A program made the position numbers and the translations under genes. A stretch of 64,000 nt of DNA from Candidatus Sungiibacteriota bacterium (GTDB taxonomy: Bacteria > Patescibacteriota > Minisyncoccia > Sungbacterales > HO2-52-23), in contig JACPBG010000001.1 in NCBI GenBank assembly GCA_016180435.1, positions 8,358 through 72,357 on the forward strand, written 5' to 3'. Below, in pieces: positions 1-10,012 of the stretch. Positions within the stretch are counted from its first letter, which is position 1. Each line of letters opens with the position of its first letter. The notes beneath the pieces are model-generated. The model had not been told where the DNA came from. It saw nothing but the letters and a program-made list of their open reading frames with translations, and ran no database searches.

Positions 1-43
1 GATTCTTGGCTCCTGCAAACTTTGGATTCCCGATTCGTCCCCA

Positions 44-2869
44 ATGAAGCGCGCGGGCAAGAACGGAGCAGACATCGGAGCAAATATTCTCTACGCCTAC
101 GAAAATGGAATTTTGAACACTTCAAAAAAACTCTGGAACACGAACGGCTCATTCGCATTTAGAGGAGCAATCGTTCCGGGAGTTAACGATGTTGCAGGTT
201 CATCGCTCTTTGATATCCAGAATCGTCTAAATGTAAACACTAACGGATGTTCTTTCCCTGCGGGATACGCAAGTTCAGTTCCCACCCCAACTCCAACTCC
301 TACACCTTTAACGACAACTTCTGGAAATGTTTATTATGTGGCGACGAATGGGAATGATGCCAATCCGTGTTCACAAACGCAGCCATGCAGAACCATCAAA
401 TGGGGCGCTACCAAATTAAAACCCGGAGATACATTATATATACGCGCTGGCACATACGACGAGACGGTTTATTGCGGAATTGATACGAATGGTTGTATTC
501 CAAGCGGAACATCTTGGGCGAGTCCGGTTACGGTTGCGGCGTATCCGGGGGAAATGGTAATTATTAGACCATCCTCCGGCTTGAGGGTGATAAATTTCGA
601 GTATCCGCAACAATACATTGTGATCAACGGATTCGTTATTGACGGGACGAACGTATCTAATCATGCTATACAATTCAATACAGGTTCTTTAGGCCATTTC
701 AGAATCTCAAATAATGACATTACATCTCCCGGAAACACATGCATCCAGATAGCGTCAGGAGTCAATTCAAATGAAATTCTAAATAACAAGATCCATAATT
801 GCGGAGTAAACAACGTAGCCTACCCGCCGGGATACAATTCAGTCTATGCTCAAAGTGATAACAATCTTATAGAGGGCAATGAGGTTTATCAAGGGCACGA
901 TGGTATCGCTATTTGGAATTCATTAGCGGGAGGGAACCCTACAAATAATATCGTTCGAAAAAATATCGTTCACGACATGGGCTTGCAGATTAGAGATGAT
1001 TCGCAATGCTATTTTTCTCATGGCACAAATAATCAGATTTATGACAATATTTGCTACAATGCTCCTATCGGCGTGCGGCTTTATGGCAATGCCAACGGAA
1101 TTAAAGTCTATAGCAATACCTTGATAGACGCGAAAAATTATTACACGACCAATAACGGAATAAGGGTCGAATCGAGCACTTCGAATAATTTTATTCGCAA
1201 CAATCTTGTCTATAATTTCGCAAATGCATTTAACATCGGCGGATCAAATAATATTCAGGATCATAATTTAGTGACCTCCCCGGCGATTAATACAGGAGCA
1301 ACTCTCGGCGTGCCTTATGACAAAGATTTTGATGGAGTCCAGCGTCCTCAGGGCTCCGCCTACGACATCGGAGCGTATGAATACGGCGGCGGCACTGTAT
1401 CTCCCACCCCAACCCCAACACCGACTCCCACACCGACACCAACACCCACTCCAATCGTTACAATCAGCTCCCTTACATCTCTCAAAACTCTCTCTCTCAT
1501 AACCATAGACGGCAGTTTGAATGAAAGTGTCTGGTCTTCTGCCAACTCCACAACTTTCACCAATCCAACCAGATCGAATAACACCGTCAAAGTCTCCACT
1601 CTCTGGGATGATACTAATCTTTACTTTGCATATGACGTCCTCGATTCCCAGCTGGAAGCTATGAATGTCATTACCGCACTCTATCAAGATGACGGAGCTG
1701 AAATATATCTTGACACTCAAAACGATAAGTCCACCGCCATGGATGCAGACGATTTTGTTTTATTTGCCAATATCAACGGTCTTGTTTCACCATCAACTAT
1801 TACCTCTCGAACTTTAGCCAAAACTGGAGGATATACTATGGAGATTAAAATCCCGTGGTCAACTGTCTTAACCATTCCTCAAGCGAATAAAATTCTCGGC
1901 CTTCTTCTTACAAATAACGATATGGACGGCGGAATCTCCCGGCAATTTGATTGGCAAAATATCATCTCAACCGGCAATTATTCTCAACCCAATCTTTGGG
2001 GCTCGCTTACTTTATCAGGAACGACTGTTGGCTTTAGCGTTACTCCAACCCCGACTCCCACCACAACCCCAACTCCAACGCCAGTAGTCTCAACCAAATT
2101 TTTAATAGGCGACCGCATTTATGTAGCATCCGGTCCTGTTAACGTGCGCGCGACGCCTGCAGGGACTCTTCTCGGCACTCAAGCGACTGGAGTCCAGGGA
2201 ACGATAACGGACGGACCGATCGCCGCAGTTCTTAGCGGAACTACATACAATTGGTGGAATATTAATTTTGATTCCGGAGTTGACGGCTGGTCTGTGGAGG
2301 ATTATTTGGTGAAGTATGTTGCGCCAACTCCTACGCCAACACCCACTCCGACTTCGCCGACGAGCGGAACCTCTCTTGGAAATCTTGCGGCATCTATGGC
2401 AGCAGGATCATGGGCGGATTTCACGATGGGTGGACTCAATTCTTCATTGGTCGGCGCCGCAAGTCCTAGTGTACCTTCGTTGCTTACATATGCTGCCCGC
2501 GGAGTGTGGGATCCGGTGCATAAAAAGATCCAATTTGCCGGCACCCCTCATACTGGCGGCCAGGTTATCTCCGGCGCTGGCGGACTAATTACCTGGGATA
2601 ATGCGACGAACCAATGGACAAAAGAAAGCTACAGTTGGAGTTCGGAGAACCCAGGCCATTCGTATTACCATGTCGCAGTTAATCAAAATAACGGGGATAT
2701 TTATTTCAGAAGTTTCTACTCATCGCAAATTTATCGCCGTTCGTATGGTTCGACAGGACAAGCGTCATGGCAGACCGGGCAAGTTGCCAACCATCCGAAT
2801 TCTGCAAACCAAGTGGCCGGCGTCAGCAGAGTGGGGCTTCACTTTCCGGGAATTACCAAAATTGGATAG
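44..2869 (+). CDS. Giant secreted/cell-surface protein, N-terminal part. The reading frame is still open at the window start, so the gene is probably 5'-truncated. Domains: right-handed parallel beta-helix (pectate-lyase-like), CBM9-like domain, SH3b-like domain and the start of a Kelch-like repeat region, separated by (PT)n linkers
   Basis: Beta-helix entry motif NPCSQTQPCRTIKWG and PbH1-like repeats NNxI/NNKI; CBM9-like segment DGSLNESVW...LWDDTNLYFAYDVLD...DGAEIYLD; SH3b-like block KFLIGDRIYVASGPVNVRA...YNWWNINFDSGVDGWSVEDYLVKY; four TPTPTP linkers; no in-frame stop between position 2 and 44. Confidence 0.7.
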   Translation: MKRAGKNGADIGANILYAYENGILNTSKKLWNTNGSFAFRGAIVPGVNDVAGSSLFDIQNRLNVNTNGCSFPAGYASSVPTPTPTPTPLTTTSGNVYYVATNGNDANPCSQTQPCRTIKWGATKLKPGDTLYIRAGTYDETVYCGIDTNGCIPSGTSWASPVTVAAYPGEMVIIRPSSGLRVINFEYPQQYIVINGFVIDGTNVSNHAIQFNTGSLGHFRISNNDITSPGNTCIQIASGVNSNEILNNKIHNCGVNNVAYPPGYNSVYAQSDNNLIEGNEVYQGHDGIAIWNSLAGGNPTNNIVRKNIVHDMGLQIRDDSQCYFSHGTNNQIYDNICYNAPIGVRLYGNANGIKVYSNTLIDAKNYYTTNNGIRVESSTSNNFIRNNLVYNFANAFNIGGSNNIQDHNLVTSPAINTGATLGVPYDKDFDGVQRPQGSAYDIGAYEYGGGTVSPTPTPTPTPTPTPTPTPIVTISSLTSLKTLSLITIDGSLNESVWSSANSTTFTNPTRSNNTVKVSTLWDDTNLYFAYDVLDSQLEAMNVITALYQDDGAEIYLDTQNDKSTAMDADDFVLFANINGLVSPSTITSRTLAKTGGYTMEIKIPWSTVLTIPQANKILGLLLTNNDMDGGISRQFDWQNIISTGNYSQPNLWGSLTLSGTTVGFSVTPTPTPTTTPTPTPVVSTKFLIGDRIYVASGPVNVRATPAGTLLGTQATGVQGTITDGPIAAVLSGTTYNWWNINFDSGVDGWSVEDYLVKYVAPTPTPTPTPTSPTSGTSLGNLAASMAAGSWADFTMGGLNSSLVGAASPSVPSLLTYAARGVWDPVHKKIQFAGTPHTGGQVISGAGGLITWDNATNQWTKESYSWSSENPGHSYYHVAVNQNNGDIYFRSFYSSQIYRRSYGSTGQASWQTGQVANHPNSANQVAGVSRVGLHFPGITKIG

Positions 2870-5800
2870 CGCGCGCTGGAGGATTCATTTATTGGGGCGG
2901 TGGAAACAGCGCTTCGGCCATGTATCGAATGGACGCATCCGGGAATGTCTCGACTATGCCGAATAGTCCTATCGGAACCGGAGTGAATACGGACGCTTCA
3001 ATTGTTCTTGCTCATCCAAACGGAAAGGATTTATTATTGTTCCAGGCTGGGACAGGGTCTGGTCAGGTTTATCAATTCAACGGAACCTCTTGGTCTAGCG
3101 CTGGAACACATCAGATCAACAGTGCGAACTGGTGGATCGGAACAACTATACCAGAATATGGGGTGATTGTTTTTATCGTCCATCCTGGAGGAACTGGAAC
3201 TCCTTACGCGAGGGTATACAAGCCATCTGGCACATCTTCAACCCCAACCCCCACGCCAACCCCCACACCCACACCAACCCCCACGCCAACTCCGACAGGC
3301 AGTTTAACTTTCGCACAAAAATGTGCCCAGGCAGGAGTACTGAATTGTTTTGGTTTTGATAGCACAAACGATCTCCGTTATACCTGGCCGACCGGAACAC
3401 CTTGCGACTCGGCGCTTTCAGGAAAAACTCGTTACACCATCAGCACCAGTCGAAGCGATCTCGGCAATGTCGCCGCGAATGTCCAAAATGGCAGTTGTTC
3501 ATTTCCGCAAATCGATTCCACTACGGTCAGTTCGGGAGCAGGTTCGCTTAAATTTACGATTCCTTCCAATAGCGGCGCTGATTCGAGCGGATATTTTACC
3601 GAGCCATTCGTAAGAAATGCCAATGGAACTTTCGCATACATTGGTCCGGGTTCACCTCTCGGAAACGTTGTGTACTTCCAATATAAACAGAGGTTTGATC
3701 CCAACTTCTTAAATACCGATTATCTTTGTACAGGCGGAGGATGCGGCGGATGGAAGCAAGTAATTTGGTATGGAAACCCGCCATTAGGATCATCATCTAG
3801 TGGCATTGAGGTTACTCAAAATAATGGTTGGCAACGTGATGTTCCGCAAATGTATGGTCAGCAAGGACATGATGACTATGGCATTCAGGATATCATTGGC
3901 TGTACCTATGCCAAAGCCACAAGCCTTGGGGGTGTTGGGTCAGGATATAGTTCACGCCCTAATTACCAATCTCCTCTCAACCCGACTTGCAAACACTATC
4001 TTCCAAATCAATGGATGGAATTTACTGGGAGAATAGAAGTTCGAGGAGCGAGCAATGCGCAAACAAGTAGAGTGCAGCTATGGATTGACGGACAGCCTGC
4101 TATTGATTATGGCCAGGCAAGAATTGCATGGGGCGGTTCTGACGGGGATGGTATCGGCTCATTCCTTTTGTCTCCGTATCACACAAATAAAGATCCATCG
4201 CAGGCACATCCTACCGGATACACTTGGTATGATGATGTAGTTGTTTCAACCCAGCCGATCGCGATGGCAAATGGTTCAGTACCTCCAACCCCAACTTCAA
4301 CGCCGACTCCCACCCCGACTCCTACTCCCACGCCGACACCAGCATCAACCAAATTCTCAATCAATGACCGAGTTCAAGTTACCAGCGGACCTCTCAATGT
4401 CCGAAGCACCGCCAACGGAACACTTCTTGGCACTCAAGCCACCGGAGCTTTGGGAACAGTCATTGGAGGCCCAACTAACGCCGGAGAATACAACTGGTGG
4501 AATATTAATTTTGACACAGGAGTGGACGGCTGGTCTGCTGAAGATTATTTGGTGAAATATGTTGCGCCTACGCCAACCCCAACCCCCACACCTACCCCAA
4601 CACCAACTCCTACACCTTTAACGACAACCACTGGAAATGTTTATTATGTTGCGACTACGGGAAGCGACTCAACGAGTTGCGGAACATCCTTATCTCCCTG
4701 CAGAACCATAACGTACGCGTACGGCAAGGTTGTCGCTGGAGATGTGATCATCGTAAAGCCCGGAATATACGCGGGAGAAACTAACTACATATATTCCACC
4801 GGAGAGAGAGCGTTTAACCTCAATAAAGCAGGAACCGCTTCCGCTCCGATCACAATCAAATCCGAAACTAAATGGGGCGCCGTTTTAGATGCGCTTGACG
4901 ATGTTAACCACCCTGCGGTTGTCAGGTTCGTCAGTAATTATAATGTTCTTCAGGACTTCAAACTCATTAATGGGCATCACAACGGCATTGTTCTTTACGG
5001 CAACTTCAATAAGATCATTGGGAACGAGATTGCTTACAACGGAATTAATGCCGATTCACTCTCATCATATGGCAAAGACGGTATTTACAGCGACAGCTAT
5101 ACAAATGGCAACCAATATACCGGCAATTACATCCATAATAACGGCCGTCCCTTCTGCCAGGGAGTCACTACGGTATCCTGCAATCTTGACCATGGGCTTT
5201 ATCTTACCGGTGACAACGAAATTGTCGCGAATAACATAGTCATCAATAACAGCGCTTATGGTATCCACATCGCCGGCTACCAGACCGTCAGCAACATGAA
5301 AGTATACAATAATATTTTCGCTTACAACGGACGGTCCGGACTTATATTTTGGCAGCCGGTAAGCAATATAGAAGTAAAAAACAATATTTTTTATAAAAAC
5401 GCCAATTACGCAATTAATACATATAAAACAAGCGGGTCAGGCATCATTATTGATAAAAATATTTTATTTGGAAATGTAAATGGTGCTTACAATTTAATTA
5501 GCATTACTTCCGGTGCCACATTTAACTATACACTTGGAACGAACTATATGTCTAACCCTTTGTTTGTTAATGAAACTTCTGATTTCCACCTCCAATCAAC
5601 CTCTCCTGCGATCAACGCCGGTGCGACTCTCTCTGAAGTAACCGCTGACTTTGATGGCGTCACCCGTCCTCAAGGCACTGCCTATGACATCGGAGCGTAT
5701 GAATATGGAGGAGTTGTGCCAACTCCAACCCCCACACCGACTTCCACGCCAACGCCCACTCCGACGCCGACTCCCATCCCAACTCCAGTTCCGGGCGGGA

Positions 5801-7596
5801 CAATTACTCTTATTAACTTCGGCTCGACTAGCGCGCAAAACACCTTTGGCTTAACCGGCTGGTCAACGCCTATTAAAGACATCTACACTGATTACCGAGC
5901 TATCGGACCCGGTGGGACAGCTATAGTGGTAGGCGACAACTGGACCTACAACTATCAGGGAGTAACCGGTTTAACAAGAACATTTTCTTCGGGAGAAAAG
6001 ATAATAGCAACCTGGTACAACAATACTGCTTCTTCCGTCACTTTCACCCCCAACATCAGCTTTACCGACCCGGACAGAATTTCCTCCGGAGCGGCAGGAA
6101 CCTGGTATCCGATGTCATCCGCCATTATTCCGGCTTTCGGCTCGGCAACAACCAACTTCACATTCACCTCTTCTTCTGCCGGAGCTTATTCCATTGTCAA
6201 TCTCAATAGCAATTACCAAAACACAGGCACGCTTATTGCTGACAAAATTGAACTTTTGCCGGTAGGAGTTTCAACTCCAACTCCAACTCTCACGCCTACA
6301 CCGACACCAACGCCGACACCGACTCCCACTCCCACTCCTGTTTCCACCAAATTCTCCATCAATGACCGAGTTCAGGTTTCTTCCGGACCTCTGAATGTCA
6401 GAAGCGCTGCCAACGGAACACTTCTCGGCACTCAAGCGACCGGAGCTTTGGGCACCGTCATCGGAGGCCCCACAAACGCTAACGGCTACAACTGGTGGAA
6501 TATCAACTACGATTCAGGAGTCGACGGATGGTCTGCCGAAGATTATCTAATTAAATACACCACGCCAACTCCAACACCGACGCCAACGCCTACGCCGACA
6601 TTGACGCCCACTCCAACTCCCACAACAACTATTTCAACAAACCTCGTTGGTTGGTGGAAGTTTGATGAAGGATCGGGATATGTTGCCGCTGATTTTTCCG
6701 GCAACTTCAATACCGGGGTGCTTTTAGGTTCAACCTGGACAGCAGGCAAGTTCGGCAATGCGGTTGCTTTGGATGGATTCAGCAATTACGTTCAAATACC
6801 CGACTCCAACAACTCCTTAGACGCAAGCCATATTACAATTTCCGCTTGGCTCAATAAATCATCAGACGCTCCAACTTGGGGGGATATCGTGGCAAGGCAA
6901 GCAGGCACAAGCTACGGAGACAACTACATTCTTTACTATAACGACAGCGCATCCGACGAATACGCTTTCGGGGTTCAGACCGCAGGAGGAGCAGATCACC
7001 TGATATCCGGGACTCCAAGCTCTGCAGATATGAATATATGGGTCCATATTGCCGCAACTTATGACGGTACCACTCTTAAGCTATACAGAAATGGAGTCCA
7101 AATTGCTTCTAAAGCTCATTTCTACGGAGGGAGTATTGTTTCAGAGACGAGCTCTGTAACAATAGGAGCCGGATTCAACGGCCCGGGAGCAGACGCAGGA
7201 ATTTCCGAATTCTCAAACATTAAAATAGACGATGTCCGCATTTACAATCGCGCGCTTTCGGCCCAGGAAGTTCTGGATATTTATAATTCGGCGGGCGGAG
7301 TTATTCCGACGCCGACTCTCACTCCCACTCCAACTCCCACCCCTTCGCCAGCTGGCGGACCAACACCGACTCCTACGCAAAACAAATTCATCATTGGCCA
7401 ACGCATTACTGTCATTACCAACAGACTCAATGTTCGTTCTTGCCCATCTCTACTTTGCAAGCGGCTTGGAAACCAGAAGAAAGGAGCAGCAGGGACAATT
7501 ATCGGAGGGCCGGTTAAAGCCGATGATTATATCTGGTGGCAAGTTAACTATGACACTGGAGCAGACGGCTGGTCCGTGGAGAATTGGCTTAAATAG
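2767..7596 (+). CDS. Giant secreted/cell-surface protein, continuation. It has no signal peptide of its own and probably joins the 44-2869 ORF through a frameshift near 2840-2870. Domains: Kelch-like repeats, a concanavalin/lyase-like beta-sandwich, three SH3b-like domains, a right-handed beta-helix (pectate-lyase fold) and a LamG (concanavalin A-like) domain, all linked by (PT)n
   Basis: Kelch-like GG/W repeats (FIYWGGGNSASAMYRMD, LLLFQAGTGSGQVYQFNG); SH3b-like KFSINDRVQV[TS]SGPLNVRS...YNWWNIN[FY]D[TS]GVDGWSAEDYL at about 4350-4560, 6340-6560 and 7380-7596; beta-helix NVYYVATTGSD..CRTITYAYGKVVAGDVIIVKPGIY plus NNI[VF]xNN repeats; LamG LVGWWKFDEGSG...AVALDGFSNYVQIPD...IDDVRIYNRALSAQEV; seven PT linkers; hydrophilic N-terminus MADRASCQPSEF. 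Confidence 0.7.
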   Translation: MADRASCQPSEFCKPSGRRQQSGASLSGNYQNWIARAGGFIYWGGGNSASAMYRMDASGNVSTMPNSPIGTGVNTDASIVLAHPNGKDLLLFQAGTGSGQVYQFNGTSWSSAGTHQINSANWWIGTTIPEYGVIVFIVHPGGTGTPYARVYKPSGTSSTPTPTPTPTPTPTPTPTPTGSLTFAQKCAQAGVLNCFGFDSTNDLRYTWPTGTPCDSALSGKTRYTISTSRSDLGNVAANVQNGSCSFPQIDSTTVSSGAGSLKFTIPSNSGADSSGYFTEPFVRNANGTFAYIGPGSPLGNVVYFQYKQRFDPNFLNTDYLCTGGGCGGWKQVIWYGNPPLGSSSSGIEVTQNNGWQRDVPQMYGQQGHDDYGIQDIIGCTYAKATSLGGVGSGYSSRPNYQSPLNPTCKHYLPNQWMEFTGRIEVRGASNAQTSRVQLWIDGQPAIDYGQARIAWGGSDGDGIGSFLLSPYHTNKDPSQAHPTGYTWYDDVVVSTQPIAMANGSVPPTPTSTPTPTPTPTPTPTPASTKFSINDRVQVTSGPLNVRSTANGTLLGTQATGALGTVIGGPTNAGEYNWWNINFDTGVDGWSAEDYLVKYVAPTPTPTPTPTPTPTPTPLTTTTGNVYYVATTGSDSTSCGTSLSPCRTITYAYGKVVAGDVIIVKPGIYAGETNYIYSTGERAFNLNKAGTASAPITIKSETKWGAVLDALDDVNHPAVVRFVSNYNVLQDFKLINGHHNGIVLYGNFNKIIGNEIAYNGINADSLSSYGKDGIYSDSYTNGNQYTGNYIHNNGRPFCQGVTTVSCNLDHGLYLTGDNEIVANNIVINNSAYGIHIAGYQTVSNMKVYNNIFAYNGRSGLIFWQPVSNIEVKNNIFYKNANYAINTYKTSGSGIIIDKNILFGNVNGAYNLISITSGATFNYTLGTNYMSNPLFVNETSDFHLQSTSPAINAGATLSEVTADFDGVTRPQGTAYDIGAYEYGGVVPTPTPTPTSTPTPTPTPTPIPTPVPGGTITLINFGSTSAQNTFGLTGWSTPIKDIYTDYRAIGPGGTAIVVGDNWTYNYQGVTGLTRTFSSGEKIIATWYNNTASSVTFTPNISFTDPDRISSGAAGTWYPMSSAIIPAFGSATTNFTFTSSSAGAYSIVNLNSNYQNTGTLIADKIELLPVGVSTPTPTLTPTPTPTPTPTPTPTPVSTKFSINDRVQVSSGPLNVRSAANGTLLGTQATGALGTVIGGPTNANGYNWWNINYDSGVDGWSAEDYLIKYTTPTPTPTPTPTPTLTPTPTPTTTISTNLVGWWKFDEGSGYVAADFSGNFNTGVLLGSTWTAGKFGNAVALDGFSNYVQIPDSNNSLDASHITISAWLNKSSDAPTWGDIVARQAGTSYGDNYILYYNDSASDEYAFGVQTAGGADHLISGTPSSADMNIWVHIAATYDGTTLKLYRNGVQIASKAHFYGGSIVSETSSVTIGAGFNGPGADAGISEFSNIKIDDVRIYNRALSAQEVLDIYNSAGGVIPTPTLTPTPTPTPSPAGGPTPTPTQNKFIIGQRITVITNRLNVRSCPSLLCKRLGNQKKGAAGTIIGGPVKADDYIWWQVNYDTGADGWSVENWLK

Positions 7597-7614
7597 ATAA
7601 TATATTAACAGCAG

Positions 7615-8625
7615 ATGACTAAATACGACTTCATTGGAATTGGGGATACGGCGGTGGATGCATTTATACGCCTGAAAGAGGCGTCGGTGCATTGCACTTT
7701 GGATCACGAAAAATGCGAGATTTGCCTTAAATTCGCGGATAAGATTCCGTATGAAGATGTTTATAGGATTCCGGCAGTGGGCAATGCGGCCAATGCCTCG
7801 GTCAGTGCCGCGCGTTTGGGACTTAAATCCGCCTTTGTTTCAAATGTGGGAGGGGATTATTACGGCGGCGAGTGCAAACGCGTGCTTGAGCAGGAAGGCG
7901 TGGCATCCGAGTTTGTTCGGGAACATGCCGGACAAAAGACCAATTATCACTATGTCTTATGGTACGAAGATGACCGGACGATTTTGATTAAGCACGAGGA
8001 ATATAAATATAAATTACCCGATATTGGAGAGCCAAAATGGGTTTACCTTTCTTCCACGGCAGAAAATTCTTTGGAATTTCACGGCGAGATTGAAAAATAT
8101 TTAAATTTGCATCAAAGCATCAAATTGGCTTTCCAGCCCGGCACTTATCAGATGCGTTTCGGAAAAGAAAAATTGGCGGAATTTTATCGCAGAGCCGAAG
8201 TGTTTTTTTGCAACAAAGAAGAATCCCAAAGGATTCTAAAAACCACGGAGGATGATATAAAAAAATTATTAAAAGCGATGGCGGATCTGGGACCGAAGAT
8301 CGTGGTTATAACCGACGGGAAAAAGGGAGCGTATGCATATGATGGTTTGACTTCGCTCACCACAGGTGGAGAATTTTGGTTTATGCCGCCCTATCCGGAT
8401 CCAAAGCCGCCTTTGGAACGTACCGGAGCCGGAGATGCGTTTTCATCCACTTTTACTGCGGCTTTGGCGTTGGACTTGGATGTTCCGACTGCCCTTCGCT
8501 GGGGTCCTATAAATTCAATGTCGGTGGTACAATATGTTGGGGCGCGAGAGGGACTTTTGACGCGTGAGAAATTGGAGGAATATTTGAAAAATGCGCCGAA
8601 AGATTATGTGCCGAGGAAAATATAG
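7615..8625 (+). CDS. PfkB-family carbohydrate kinase (ribokinase-like)
   Basis: N-terminal GxGD..VD motif, GNAANASVSAARLG, C-terminal anion-hole motif GAGDAF. Confidence 0.8.
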   Translation: MTKYDFIGIGDTAVDAFIRLKEASVHCTLDHEKCEICLKFADKIPYEDVYRIPAVGNAANASVSAARLGLKSAFVSNVGGDYYGGECKRVLEQEGVASEFVREHAGQKTNYHYVLWYEDDRTILIKHEEYKYKLPDIGEPKWVYLSSTAENSLEFHGEIEKYLNLHQSIKLAFQPGTYQMRFGKEKLAEFYRRAEVFFCNKEESQRILKTTEDDIKKLLKAMADLGPKIVVITDGKKGAYAYDGLTSLTTGGEFWFMPPYPDPKPPLERTGAGDAFSSTFTAALALDLDVPTALRWGPINSMSVVQYVGAREGLLTREKLEEYLKNAPKDYVPRKI

Positions 8626-8689
8626 TTAAAAATCCGAAGGAAGTCCGACTTCAATAATACCTATTGAAGTCGGACTTCAGAGCATTAAC

Positions 8690-9991
8690 ATGGCAATAGG
8701 AGATATTTTGGCGTATATACAGGCAAACGAAAAGACGTTTTCGCGGGAAACGCTTATTTCGCAATTGCGCAAATCCGGCTATCCGGAAGAAGAAATTCAG
8801 GCGGCGCTGAATTTGAAGTATTCAGCTGCTGATTCGGCTCCGGCGGCATCAATGGTTTCGGCAAAACCCGCGTGGAAAAAAATTCTGGCTTGGATTGGCG
8901 GGTTTTTTGTTGGCGGTATTGTATTCTGGATTCTTAGCACCATATTTGCGGGAGTTATTTTCGGACTTGCATACCGCGGCAATGCATCAATAATGAATTA
9001 TCCTATAGTATTTTTTGTCGCTGCAGCAGTTATTTTTACTGTCGCAATTTTTATTTTTATCCTCATACGCGCGCGTTATCCCCATTTTTCTTACGGTTTA
9101 TTGACCGCCACAATTATTTTTGCCCTGGTTTTTATCGGTAGCGTCATACTTTATTCTATCGTGTTTCAAAGTTTGGATTCAGCGCGGGGAAAAGCCCGCG
9201 ATGCGCGCCGAGTTGCGGATGTCAAACAATTGCAGTTAGCCCTTGAACTTTATTATGATGCCAATGGCGGCTATCCTGAAAATTTAGAATTACTTCAGCC
9301 CAAATTTATACCAACAATTCCTCGCGATCCAACCACCGGAATCGAATATATATATGAAAAGCGTCCAGACGGAAGTTATTATATGGCCGCAACACTTGAA
9401 GATTCTGAAAATTATGCGTTGCGCAATGATTTTAATATTGGAAATCAATTATATGAGGTTTCAGAAAGTCCTGGAGTGGTTTTTGATAAAAAACAGTTAC
9501 AACAAGGTGGCGATTCGGGATATGCTTTAAGTGGCCGTCCCTGGGGTCCGGAGCAGGCAACCGGTGCGCCGAATTCTCCGGCATCTTTGGGAGATCATCC
9601 GACGGCCTGGGCTTCGCTTACCGAGGATAATCAGGATGAATGGCTGCTTTTAACATATGAAAAATCTATTCCGGTTTCAGCTATTTTGGTTTATGAAAGC
9701 TATAATCCGGGCGCCTTGCGGCAAATTGACCAGGTTTCCGGAGAGCGCGTATACACATTGTGGAAAGGCGGGGATCCGGTTCAGGCATTGAAAGACGGAC
9801 GTTATGTCGCGCGCATTAAACTTAAGCAGCCGATCACGTTGAGTCAGATCCGGCTTGAAATAAAGTCCACTGAAATTCGCGGATGGAACGAAATAGACGC
9901 CGTGGGGGTGGAAGAGGCCAATGGGACGATTCATTGGGCTACGCGGGCGGAATCAAGCAGCACATATGCTGAACCAAATCCCGGTGGATAA
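8690..9991 (+). CDS. Polytopic membrane protein with an internal pseudopilin (GspG / type IV pilin)-like globular domain and a C-terminal domain of unknown function
   Basis: Four predicted TM helices, then ARGKARDARRVADVKQLQLALELYYDANGGYPENL...IPRDPTTG resembling the GspG core (..DMYKLDNGRYP...LPKDPWG). Confidence 0.45.
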   Translation: MAIGDILAYIQANEKTFSRETLISQLRKSGYPEEEIQAALNLKYSAADSAPAASMVSAKPAWKKILAWIGGFFVGGIVFWILSTIFAGVIFGLAYRGNASIMNYPIVFFVAAAVIFTVAIFIFILIRARYPHFSYGLLTATIIFALVFIGSVILYSIVFQSLDSARGKARDARRVADVKQLQLALELYYDANGGYPENLELLQPKFIPTIPRDPTTGIEYIYEKRPDGSYYMAATLEDSENYALRNDFNIGNQLYEVSESPGVVFDKKQLQQGGDSGYALSGRPWGPEQATGAPNSPASLGDHPTAWASLTEDNQDEWLLLTYEKSIPVSAILVYESYNPGALRQIDQVSGERVYTLWKGGDPVQALKDGRYVARIKLKQPITLSQIRLEIKSTEIRGWNEIDAVGVEEANGTIHWATRAESSSTYAEPNPGG

Positions 9992-10012
9992 CCGCATTAA
10001 CCCCGTATTTTA

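Noticed and set aside
1268-7600. Numerous 60-150-aa ORFs on both strands inside the giant surface-protein genes (for example 1268-1720-, 1360-1599-, 2601-2966+, 4179-4364-, 5682-5882-, 6543-6785-)
   Set aside because: These are shadow ORFs. The antisense or off-frame reading of the (ACNCCN)n PT-linker DNA gives the (GV)n and (VG)n runs seen in them, and they are wholly embedded in a much longer ORF with coherent domain content.
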